This document shows, piece after piece, positions 9,667 through 18,740 of a stretch of DNA of 35,555 bases (position 1 is the first letter of the stretch; every line of letters begins with the position of its first letter). The position numbers were made by a program, and so were the translations under genes. The stretch is from Candidatus Hermodarchaeota archaeon. GTDB lineage: Archaea > Asgardarchaeota > Lokiarchaeia > Sigyniarchaeales > SOKP01. Below the pieces are notes generated by a model. That model had not been told where the DNA came from and searched no databases. It worked only from the letters and a program-made list of their open reading frames with translations. The stretch covers positions 1 through 35,555 of the forward strand of contig JBHLLG010000026.1 in the NCBI GenBank assembly GCA_048885925.1, read 5' to 3'.

Positions 9667-11847
9667 ATGATTTTAGCAGAAAAGAAATATGAAATCCGAG
9701 ATGTCCAAAAAGGTTATGCAAATCGAACATTATATATCAATCTTTCTAATAATGAGATTCTAATAAAGCCGGTTTCTGATGAAATGAAGGAAAAATTTGT
9801 AGGTGGAAAGGGTTTCGATTTATGGCTAATGTGGAATTCGCTTCCTAAAGACCGTATAGTGAAATGGAATGACCCTGAAAATGAAATTTGTATATCTTCA
9901 GGTCCATTAGGTGGGAGTATTTTTTATCCTGGGTCTGGGAAGTCAATTGTAACTTCTATTTCTCCTTTAACGGAAATAATTATCGATTCCAATGTTGGGG
10001 GGTATTTTGGCCCTTATCTTAAATTTTCTGGATTTGATGCTATTGAAATTCAAGGGAAAGCCAATAAAGAATTGATAATATATATCGATGGGATAGAAGG
10101 TTTAATTCAAATTGAAGAAGTTGAAGATTCTAAAGGATTATCTGAATATTCACATGAACTTACTCAACAACTAACAGAAAAATATGCTTCAGATGAAAAT
10201 GAAAAACAACGTGTCTCTGTAGTAAGTTCTGGACCGGCTGCAAAAAATACTAAATGGGGAATGCTTAATTTCTCATGGTTTGTCCGTGGTCGTAATTGGG
10301 CTTCAGTCAAACAAGCAGGTCGAGGAGGAATTGGAACTGTCTTTAAAGATAAAAAAATAAAAGCACTTGTTTGTCGTTCTCCAAAAGTAACAATAAACTC
10401 GAATAGTCCCTCAGATTTAGAAGCAGCAAGAGAATTAGGGAAAGCTCATAGTCAAGAAATTATGAAACTTGATCCAAAGCAAAATGAAATGAGGAGAGTT
10501 GGGACAGGACATCTTCCAGATATAATGAATGTGACTGACCTTTTACCAACTGAGAATTTTCGTTTTGGAAGGCATAAAGAAATAAGTGGCAAAGATATCC
10601 CTTATAACCGTGAAGTCATGAGAAATATCTATTCTGGAAGAGAAGGTGCTGATGGTTGCTGGATTGGTTGTACGGTTAGCTGTTCTCACTATACTGAAGG
10701 TCATACTGTTTTAACAGGTCCTTTTAAAGGTAAGAGAGTTATTGTAGATGGACCTGAATATGAAACAATTGCAGGTTGCGGCTCTAATTGGGGAGTTTGG
10801 GATCTAAAATGGGTATTAGAAACAAATTTTTATTGTGATACCTATGGTTTAGACACTATATCTATTGGTACGGGTATTGCTTTTGTTATGGAATGTTATG
10901 AAGTGGGAATATTAAACAAAGAAATAACAGGTGGTCTTGAGCTCAATTTTGGGAATGCTGAAGCAACTTTAAATTTAATTCATCAAATGGCTAAGGGTGA
11001 AGGATTTGGTATGATAGTAGGTCAAGGAATCAAAGAAATGAAAAAATATTTTGCTGAGAATTATGGTGCCGACATTCAATTTTTATATGATATTGGTATG
11101 GAACATAAGGGTTTAGAATTTTCAGAATATATTACAAAGGAATCGCTAGCTCAACAAGGTGGATATGGATTAGCGCTTAAAGGTCCCCAACATGATGAAG
11201 CCTGGTTAATCTTTGAGGATGTAATACGTAATTCAATTCCTAGTTTTGAAGATAAAGCAAGAGCCCTTCGTTGGTTTCCATTATGGCGTACTTGGTTTAG
11301 TCTTAATGGGCTTTGCAAGCTTCCATGGAATGATATTCAGCCAGAATCTCAAGCTAATTACCCAATTAAGGATCCAAAGACAGGAGAATTAGTTCGAGCA
11401 AAAATTCCTGACCATGTTGAGTGGTATGCGAAATATTTTTCAGCAGTTACAGGAAGAAAATCCACTCCTGATGATCTAATTAAAATGTCGGAAAGAGTAT
11501 ACAATTTTCAGAGGATTTTCAATATTCGATTGGGAAAAGGGCTACGTACAGAAGACTCATTTTTGCCTTATAGAGCAATGGGACCTGTTACACAACTAGA
11601 ATACGAAAGTCGTAAACAAAGATATGATGACCAACTTCAAAATTTAGGTATTGATATATCTGGTAAATCTACGGGTGAAAAGATAAAAATTCTTCGAAAG
11701 TATCGTGAAGCGCAATATCAAAAGCTTCAAGACGCTGTGTATAAAGAACGGGGATGGAGTCGAAATGGGTGCCCTACGATTGAAAAAATCAAAGAATTAG
11801 GCATTGATTATGAAGATGTCATAAAATTCATAAGAGTTAACCCATGA
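9667..11847 (+). CDS. aor: aldehyde:ferredoxin oxidoreductase family, long (726 aa) type
   Basis: SPLT..IIDSNVGG, QAGRGGIG, GCWIGCTVSC, GPEYET, DTYGLDTIS, GLCKLPW, RGW...GCPT. Confidence 0.93.
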   Translation: MILAEKKYEIRDVQKGYANRTLYINLSNNEILIKPVSDEMKEKFVGGKGFDLWLMWNSLPKDRIVKWNDPENEICISSGPLGGSIFYPGSGKSIVTSISPLTEIIIDSNVGGYFGPYLKFSGFDAIEIQGKANKELIIYIDGIEGLIQIEEVEDSKGLSEYSHELTQQLTEKYASDENEKQRVSVVSSGPAAKNTKWGMLNFSWFVRGRNWASVKQAGRGGIGTVFKDKKIKALVCRSPKVTINSNSPSDLEAARELGKAHSQEIMKLDPKQNEMRRVGTGHLPDIMNVTDLLPTENFRFGRHKEISGKDIPYNREVMRNIYSGREGADGCWIGCTVSCSHYTEGHTVLTGPFKGKRVIVDGPEYETIAGCGSNWGVWDLKWVLETNFYCDTYGLDTISIGTGIAFVMECYEVGILNKEITGGLELNFGNAEATLNLIHQMAKGEGFGMIVGQGIKEMKKYFAENYGADIQFLYDIGMEHKGLEFSEYITKESLAQQGGYGLALKGPQHDEAWLIFEDVIRNSIPSFEDKARALRWFPLWRTWFSLNGLCKLPWNDIQPESQANYPIKDPKTGELVRAKIPDHVEWYAKYFSAVTGRKSTPDDLIKMSERVYNFQRIFNIRLGKGLRTEDSFLPYRAMGPVTQLEYESRKQRYDDQLQNLGIDISGKSTGEKIKILRKYREAQYQKLQDAVYKERGWSRNGCPTIEKIKELGIDYEDVIKFIRVNP

Positions 11848-11884
11848 TTTATCTTATTCTTAATAATTTAAAAGCAGATACAGT

Positions 11885-13969
11885 ATGGAAGATATAAAAA
11901 AGCATCCAATTTTAGAGATACCAGAAATAAAAAGAATTAATTTTACCTTTGATGGAAATAATTTAGTTGGATTTGAAGGAATGGTTATATCTTCTGCACT
12001 TTTTATGAATAAAATTAAAGTATTTGGTCATCACGTAAAAGATAATAGTCCACAAGGTATTTTTTGTGCTAATGGGCAATGTGCTCAATGTAATGTTATA
12101 GTAGATAGTGTTCCAGTTAAAGCTTGTATGAAAACCCTTAAAGAGGGTATGATCATAGAAAGTTGTAATGGATTGCCAGAGTTACCTCCTGAAGATAATG
12201 CAGTAAGCGTAGGAGATTCTAAAATATTGGATACTGAAGTACTTGTAATTGGTGCTGGTCCAGCGGGATTATCAGCCACGAAAGTATTAGGAGAGAATAA
12301 TATTGAAGTGGTCTTAATAGATGATAAAGCTGAACTTGGAGGAAAATTGGTTCTTCAGACTCATAAGTTTTTTGGTTCACAAGAAGATGTATATGCTGGA
12401 AAACGGGGAATTCATATTGCAGAAATTTTAGGAGAATCAGTAAATTCGTTTCCAAATGTTAAAGTTTGGTTAAATTCTGTATGCTTAGCCGTATTCAGCG
12501 ATGGATTAGTTGGCATTTTAAAAGATAATGATAAGTATGCACTTATCAAACCTAAGTATTTGTTAATTGCAACTGGAGCACGTGAAAAAATGCTAGTTTT
12601 TCCCGGAAATACTTTACCAGGAGTATTTGGAGCTGGGGCTTTCCAAACACTAGTCAATCGAGATTTGATAAAAGCAGCAGATAAAATATTTATTGTGGGA
12701 GGTGGAAATGTAGGGCTTATTGCTGGATATCACGCAATACAAGCTGAAATAGAGGTTATCGGTTTAATTGAAGCATTACCTCAATGTGGTGGTTATAAAG
12801 TCCATGAAGATAAACTTAGAAGATTGGGTGTACCAATCTATACAAGTCATACAATCATTTCTGCTAATGGAGATAAATCTGTAGATTCTATAACAATTGC
12901 TCAAATTGATAAAGATTTTACTGTTATATCAGGAACAGAAAAAACTTTTGCCTGTGATACTATTCTTATTGCTGTTGGTTTAAATCCAGTTGATGAATTT
13001 TATCATAAAGCAAAAGAATTTGGATTTAAAGTTTGGGTTGCTGGTGATGCTCAAGAAATTGCAGAAGCATCTGCTGCTATTTTCACTGGAAGAATAGAAG
13101 CTTTAAAAATTCTTAAGGAAATTGGAATTGATATTTCAGAAGATATTAATAAATTGGAAAAATTCGCTGAAGTTATGAAGGCAAAGCCTCCTCAACCTAT
13201 CGATATAGATATAAAATTTAAAGAAGAAGGAATTTATCCTGTTTTTTATTGCAATCAAGAAATTCCTTGTAACCCATGTACAACCGTATGTGAACAACAG
13301 CAAATTGAGACTATTGATGATCTAATCACTCAATTACCATATTTTAAAGGTGAACAAGACTGTATTGGATGTGGTAAGTGTGTTGCTGTTTGTCCTGGAT
13401 TAGCTGTAGTATTGATTGATTATCGAAAAGATAAAGAGAATCCACTGGTAACTTTTCCGTTTGAACTTACAGAACAAAAGTTGGAAAAAGGACAAGAAAT
13501 ATTTGTTGTTAGTAATGATAAAGAATTAGGAAAATATATAATTCACAGAACTAGAATCCTAAAAGAGTTTCAAAAAACTCAATTAATTACCATAAAATTA
13601 CCTTCTGAAGTAGCAAAAAAGGCAGTAGCAATTAAACTTTATAAAACTAAACTTATTGAACCAACAGATATATATCAAAAATCATTTACTGACGATGAAA
13701 TTATAATTTGCAGATGTGAGCGGGTGTCAATAGGAGAAATTCGAAAATGGATACGTTCAGGAGTAAGAGATTTTAATGAGCTAAAAGCTTTAACTAAAGT
13801 AGGAATGGGAGCATGTGGAGGTAAAACTTGTACACCTTTAATTGAGAAAATATTTAGAGAAGAGGGAGTAAGTATTGATGAAATTACTCCTGGTACAAAA
13901 AGACCTTTATTTATTGAAGTTCCAATGGGTATATTTGCTAATGCTAGAGATGAGAAGGGGGATTTCTAA
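11885..13969 (+). CDS. multidomain Fe-S/FAD oxidoreductase, alpha subunit of a proline dehydrogenase/sarcosine oxidase/HcnAB-like complex
   Basis: N-terminal 2Fe-2S (CANGQCAQC...C), GAGPAG FAD site, ATGA, GGGNVG, 4Fe-4S motifs (CNPCTTVC; CIGCGKCVAVCP), C-terminal BFD-like (CRCE...GMGACGGKTC...RP). Confidence 0.9.
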   Translation: MEDIKKHPILEIPEIKRINFTFDGNNLVGFEGMVISSALFMNKIKVFGHHVKDNSPQGIFCANGQCAQCNVIVDSVPVKACMKTLKEGMIIESCNGLPELPPEDNAVSVGDSKILDTEVLVIGAGPAGLSATKVLGENNIEVVLIDDKAELGGKLVLQTHKFFGSQEDVYAGKRGIHIAEILGESVNSFPNVKVWLNSVCLAVFSDGLVGILKDNDKYALIKPKYLLIATGAREKMLVFPGNTLPGVFGAGAFQTLVNRDLIKAADKIFIVGGGNVGLIAGYHAIQAEIEVIGLIEALPQCGGYKVHEDKLRRLGVPIYTSHTIISANGDKSVDSITIAQIDKDFTVISGTEKTFACDTILIAVGLNPVDEFYHKAKEFGFKVWVAGDAQEIAEASAAIFTGRIEALKILKEIGIDISEDINKLEKFAEVMKAKPPQPIDIDIKFKEEGIYPVFYCNQEIPCNPCTTVCEQQQIETIDDLITQLPYFKGEQDCIGCGKCVAVCPGLAVVLIDYRKDKENPLVTFPFELTEQKLEKGQEIFVVSNDKELGKYIIHRTRILKEFQKTQLITIKLPSEVAKKAVAIKLYKTKLIEPTDIYQKSFTDDEIIICRCERVSIGEIRKWIRSGVRDFNELKALTKVGMGACGGKTCTPLIEKIFREEGVSIDEITPGTKRPLFIEVPMGIFANARDEKGDF

Positions 13970-15136
13970 ATGGCTGAATATGACGTTATTATCATCGGTG
14001 CTGGAAGTGTAGGAGTTCCAACTGCTTTAGCTACTGCAAATGAGGGGCTTAATACATTAGTTATTGATTCACTACCTTCAGTTGCCCAAGCGGATAATAA
14101 ACATGCTATCGGAGGTATCAGAGCAACTCATTCACATAAAGGAAAGATTTGGCTATGCCAAAGATCAATTGAAATTTTTTCTACTTGGGAGGAAAAGTTT
14201 GGAGATGATATTTGGTGGTCTCCAGGAGGTTATGTATTTCTGGCTTATACTAAAGAACATGAAAATTTGTTAAAAGAAACAGTAAAAATTCAAAAACGTT
14301 ATGGATTGAATATCAATTTTGAAGATCAAGAAAAAATCAAGGAATTAATACCAGGTATCAATGACAATGGTTTATTTGGAGGAACATTTAGTCCAGAAGA
14401 TGGAAATGCATCGCCGTTATTGTCTTTACATTCCTTTTTTCGAAAATCAAAAGATTTAGGAGCAAGATATCGATTTAATGAAAAAGTTGTGGATATAATA
14501 AGAGAAAAAAACAAGGTAGTAGGTGTTAAAACTACCAAAGCTACATATAAAACCAGTTCTATTATTAATGCTGCTGGTGCTCATGCTAAGGAAATTGGCG
14601 CTATGATCGATCTTGAAATACCTGTAGTACCAGAATCACATGAAGCGGGTATTACAGAGCCTGTGAAAACTTTTTTTAAACCAATGATAGTAGACATTAG
14701 ACCATGTATTGATGAAAAGTGTGGAGATTCAAAAAATTATTATTTTTATCAAAATAAAGAAGGAAAAATTATTTTCTGTTTAACTCCAAGTCCAAATATT
14801 TTAGGGATCGATCGTCGTGAAACAAGTTCATTTTTACCTCAAATCTCAAAAAGGATGATACAACTTCTACCACGTTTAAAGAATATAAAAGTAAGACGAA
14901 CATGGCGTGGCTTATACCCTATGACTCCCGATGGCAATCCTATTGTTGGGAAAGTTAATGAAATTGAAGGATACATTAACGCGGTCGGTTTATGTGGCCA
15001 AGGATTTATGTTGGGACCGGGTTTAGGAGAACTTTTGAGCCGTCTTCTAACAGAAAAAATAACTTCACGAGACAAGGAGATTTTAGATAGTCTTTTATAT
15101 TATCGTGATTTTGGCGCGGAAGAAGAATTGAAATAA
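13970..15136 (+). CDS. FAD-dependent amino-acid dehydrogenase (DAO family; proline dehydrogenase/sarcosine oxidase beta-like)
   Basis: IIGAGSVG, NAAGA, RTWRGLYPMTPDGNPIVG, GLCGQGFMLGPG. Starts directly after the alpha-subunit stop (TAA-ATG). Confidence 0.9.
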   Translation: MAEYDVIIIGAGSVGVPTALATANEGLNTLVIDSLPSVAQADNKHAIGGIRATHSHKGKIWLCQRSIEIFSTWEEKFGDDIWWSPGGYVFLAYTKEHENLLKETVKIQKRYGLNINFEDQEKIKELIPGINDNGLFGGTFSPEDGNASPLLSLHSFFRKSKDLGARYRFNEKVVDIIREKNKVVGVKTTKATYKTSSIINAAGAHAKEIGAMIDLEIPVVPESHEAGITEPVKTFFKPMIVDIRPCIDEKCGDSKNYYFYQNKEGKIIFCLTPSPNILGIDRRETSSFLPQISKRMIQLLPRLKNIKVRRTWRGLYPMTPDGNPIVGKVNEIEGYINAVGLCGQGFMLGPGLGELLSRLLTEKITSRDKEILDSLLYYRDFGAEEELK

Positions 15137-15214
15137 AATTTTTGAAAAAATTTGCGTATCTGATTTATATCTAATCCTTCTTTTTACTATTTAACTATCA
15201 TCAAAAATTCTAAG

Positions 15215-16156
15215 ATGGTTAAAATGATTCGACATTTATTAAAAATCTCAGATTTCTCAAAGGAAGAGTGTGAAAAAGTTATTAATAAAGCAATTGAGGT
15301 AAAGAAAAATCCTAAAAAGTTTACTTCTACATTGGCAGGAGAGACTCTATTAATGTTATTTGAGAAGCCTTCTTTAAGAACACGCATTTCATTCGAAACA
15401 GGAATGCAACAATTAGGTGGACATGCTATTTTTTATTCCATTAAAGATTCACCACTAGGCCAAAAAGAAAATATTCACGATACTGCAAAAGTAGCTTCTC
15501 GCTTTGTTAATATAATAGCAGCGAGAGTTTTTAAGAGACAAGATATTAGAGAATTAGCTAAATACTCTGATGTCCCTGTTATAAACATGTTAGATGATTT
15601 TGCTCATCCTTGCCAAATGATTGGTGATTTTCAGACAATAAAAGAAAAAAAGGGAAAATTAAGCAATCTAAAAATGGCTTACTATGGAGATGCTCATAAC
15701 AATGTAACCTATGATCTTATGAGAACTTGTGCTTTATTTGGTTTAGCAATGGATGTCGCTTGCCCAAATGGGCTTGATTATACTCCCGAACAAGAAGTTC
15801 TCGAAGAAGTTAAACAACTAGCAGAGTCATCTGGAGCAATTATCAATATTACTCATGATCCATTAGAAGCAGCGAAAGATGCAGATATAATCTACACCGA
15901 TTCCTGGATGTCTTACGGAATTCCAAAAGAAAAGGAAGAGGAAAGGAAGTTAGCATTTAAACCATTTCAAGTAACTTCTCAAATTATGGAGAATGCTAAA
16001 AAAGATGCGATTTTTATGAATTGTTTACCTGCAATGCGAGGGTATGAACAAACAGCAGAAGTTATTGACGGTTCGCAATCAATTGTTTTCGATCAAGCGG
16101 AGAATAGGCTCCATGGACAAAAAGCAATAATGCTCTTTTTAAGAAATAAATTTTAG
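15215..16156 (+). CDS. arcB: ornithine carbamoyltransferase (probably catabolic)
   Basis: FEKPSLRT carbamoyl-phosphate motif, HPCQ, GD..NNV, YTDSWMSYG, NCLP, FDQAENRLH; followed by carbamate kinase. Confidence 0.93.
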   Translation: MVKMIRHLLKISDFSKEECEKVINKAIEVKKNPKKFTSTLAGETLLMLFEKPSLRTRISFETGMQQLGGHAIFYSIKDSPLGQKENIHDTAKVASRFVNIIAARVFKRQDIRELAKYSDVPVINMLDDFAHPCQMIGDFQTIKEKKGKLSNLKMAYYGDAHNNVTYDLMRTCALFGLAMDVACPNGLDYTPEQEVLEEVKQLAESSGAIINITHDPLEAAKDADIIYTDSWMSYGIPKEKEEERKLAFKPFQVTSQIMENAKKDAIFMNCLPAMRGYEQTAEVIDGSQSIVFDQAENRLHGQKAIMLFLRNKF

Positions 16157-16350
16157 TTAATTAATTTGATAAAATTCTTAAAAAAATTAACTAAAAATTC
16201 CGCTTTTGATGGGTTACACATAGAATCATTTCATCTAATAACAATCTGGAATTACAAATTTAGAGATTCATTGAGATAAATTTTAAATAAGAAGATAGAT
16301 ATTATTATTTTTTCTATTAGTATTAATGGAGTAATAATAGAGTTTTTTCC

Positions 16351-17268
16351 TTGAAAACATTAATTGTAGCCCTTGGAGGGAATGCCTTAATAAAGTTTGG
16401 TGAAGAAGGCACTACGGAAGAGCAATTTAAAAATCTTAGAGTGCCAATTAGCCAAATTGCGGAATTAGCAAAGGAGTATAACATTGTAATAACGCATGGT
16501 AATGGGCCGCAAGTAGGAAATCTTTTACTTCAACAAGAAGCCACTGAATTTGTATCAAAAAGGCCTCTGCAAATACTAGTAGCAGAAACTCAAGGTCAGA
16601 TTGGTTTTATGATCGAGAGTACATTAGATGAAGAGCTCATGAAAATAGGGCTCGATGAGGAAAAACTCTTTTTAACAATTTTAACCTATGTAAAGGTTGA
16701 TCCTAAGGATCCTGCATTTAAAAATCCTACAAAACCAATTGGTCCAGCGTATCCTGTTCGTACAAAACCGGGACAAGTAAAAACAGCTAAAGGATGGCGT
16801 CGAGTTGTTCCTTCACCTAAACCAATAAAAATCTATCAATGGCGTGAAATTAAGAAATTAATGGAATTAGGAAGTTGGATTGTTATAGCCTGTGGAGGAG
16901 GGGGTATCCCGGTTATAAAAGAAGAAAAAAAACTGTATGGTGTTGAGGCGGTTATTGATAAGGATCTTGCTAGTTCTAAATTAGCAGAACAAATTGGAGC
17001 AGATATTTTACTAATTGCAACTGATGTAGAGAAGGTTGCTCTTAATTATGGATCTTCGGATCAAAAAGAATTAGAAAAACTAACTATATCTGAAGCAAAG
17101 AAATATTTAGAAGACGGTCAATTCCCAGCTGGGAGCATGGGTCCTAAGATCGAGGCGGTTATTAATTTTATGGAATCAGGGGGTGAAAAAGCTATAATCA
17201 CTTCAATTGAAAAGATTAAAGATGCCCTTGAAGGAAAAGCTGGAACAGAAATATGTATGGATAAATAA
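16351..17268 (+). CDS. arcC: carbamate kinase
   Basis: VALGGNAL, THGNGPQVG, PTKPIGP, RRVVPSP, GGGGIPV, EAVIDKD, GSMGPK; TTG start. Confidence 0.97.
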   Translation: MKTLIVALGGNALIKFGEEGTTEEQFKNLRVPISQIAELAKEYNIVITHGNGPQVGNLLLQQEATEFVSKRPLQILVAETQGQIGFMIESTLDEELMKIGLDEEKLFLTILTYVKVDPKDPAFKNPTKPIGPAYPVRTKPGQVKTAKGWRRVVPSPKPIKIYQWREIKKLMELGSWIVIACGGGGIPVIKEEKKLYGVEAVIDKDLASSKLAEQIGADILLIATDVEKVALNYGSSDQKELEKLTISEAKKYLEDGQFPAGSMGPKIEAVINFMESGGEKAIITSIEKIKDALEGKAGTEICMDK

Positions 17269-17271
17269 AAA

Positions 17272-18534
17272 TTACTGCTTGACAAACACTTTTTCAATTA
17301 TTTTAAGAGCCCAATCAATTTCTTCTTTAGTTATAACCAAAGGTGGTGCAAATCTTATAGTTGTAGAATGGGTATCTTTCGCTAAAATCCCATTATCCTT
17401 GAGTTCTTCTACAATCTGGCGTGCATCTCCTTTAAACTCCACCGCTATCAATAACCCCTTGCCCCTTACTTCTTTTATTGGAATCCTTGTCTTCTTTTCA
17501 GCAATTTCGTGCAATCCTTTTTTAAAGTAGGCACCCATTTCTTTTGCCCGTTCAGCCAGGTTTTCTCGTAAGTGAATATCAATTGATTTCATACCAATTG
17601 CAGCAGCTAGTGGATTACCACCAAAAGTACTTCCGTGAGTTCCAGGCTTAATTACATCAGGCCCCATAATTTCTTTTGTAGAAACACACGCTGACACAGG
17701 ATAAACACCTCCACCAAGAGCTTTACCTAATAACAACATATCAGGTTTCACATTCTCATGATCACATGCAAAAAATTCTCCTGTTCTACAAAAACCAGTT
17801 TGAATTTCATCCAGAATCATTAAGACATTATATTTTGTGCATATATCTCTAACCTTCTTTAAATATCCTTCTGGTGGGACTTTTACTCCGGCTTCTCCTT
17901 GTAATGGTTCAACTAAAAAGGCTGCTACTTTTTCAGGTCCTATTTCTAAAATAGTATTTTCCAGCTCTTCAGCATCTCCATAAGGAATAATTATGAATCC
18001 AGGAGTATATGGCCCAAAATTCCCATAATAACGTGCTGCTGCTATATCGGAACTAAAACCAACGATTGTGATAGTTCTTCCATGAAAATTATCTCTACAC
18101 ACTATTATTTTAGCTTTATTTTTTGGAATTTTTTTCTTTATATATCCCCAAGCTCTTGCTAATTTTAATCCCGTTGATACAGCTTCTGTTCCAGTATTCA
18201 TAGGAATAGACATTATTCCCGATTTTTTTGGATCATTAATATGTGGTCCAACAACTTCTGCTAACATTTTTAAAAAAGGACCCATCATATTATTATGAAA
18301 AGCCCGAGAAGAGAGTGTAACTATATCAGCTTGTTCTTTTAGAGCAGCAACTATTTCTGGGTGACAATGACCTGTATTTTGGCTTGAATAAGCTGATAAA
18401 CAATCTAAATACTTCTTTCCTTCGGGATCATACACCCAAACTCCCTTTGCTTTGGAAATAACTACTGGAATAGGGTGGTAATTGTGAGCACAATATTTAA
18501 GATCCATTTCAATAAAATCTTTTGAGCTCGGCAT
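17272..18534 (-). CDS. rocD: ornithine--oxo-acid aminotransferase (class III PLP)
   Basis: AHNYHP.PVV, LSAYS..N.GHCHP, SRAFHN, PMNTG.EA, NFHGRT, EPLQGEAGV, DEIQTG, GKALGGG, HGSTFGGNP. Confidence 0.93.
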   Translation of the reverse strand: MPSSKDFIEMDLKYCAHNYHPIPVVISKAKGVWVYDPEGKKYLDCLSAYSSQNTGHCHPEIVAALKEQADIVTLSSRAFHNNMMGPFLKMLAEVVGPHINDPKKSGIMSIPMNTGTEAVSTGLKLARAWGYIKKKIPKNKAKIIVCRDNFHGRTITIVGFSSDIAAARYYGNFGPYTPGFIIIPYGDAEELENTILEIGPEKVAAFLVEPLQGEAGVKVPPEGYLKKVRDICTKYNVLMILDEIQTGFCRTGEFFACDHENVKPDMLLLGKALGGGVYPVSACVSTKEIMGPDVIKPGTHGSTFGGNPLAAAIGMKSIDIHLRENLAERAKEMGAYFKKGLHEIAEKKTRIPIKEVRGKGLLIAVEFKGDARQIVEELKDNGILAKDTHSTTIRFAPPLVITKEEIDWALKIIEKVFVKQ

Positions 18535-18740
18535 ATAATTTCACGTATCTTTCATTTTAAAATTAAAAACAAGTTATTAATTGATTTTATACAAGAAACT
18601 TTTAATTTTTTTCCAAAATATTGATTAGGGAATATCGTGGGTAATTATAATATTAATGACTAATAAAATTTATTTTTACCATTTTATTCTACATCTAAGT
18701 TTGTATCACAATAAAATTAAAAATTCAATAAGAAGGTTAT

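Noticed and set aside
11845-11866. Selenocysteine readthrough at TGA stops (aor 11847; also kce, kamE and the ThDP enzyme)
   Set aside because: The proteins are already full length for their families; the aor frame hits another stop a few codons later
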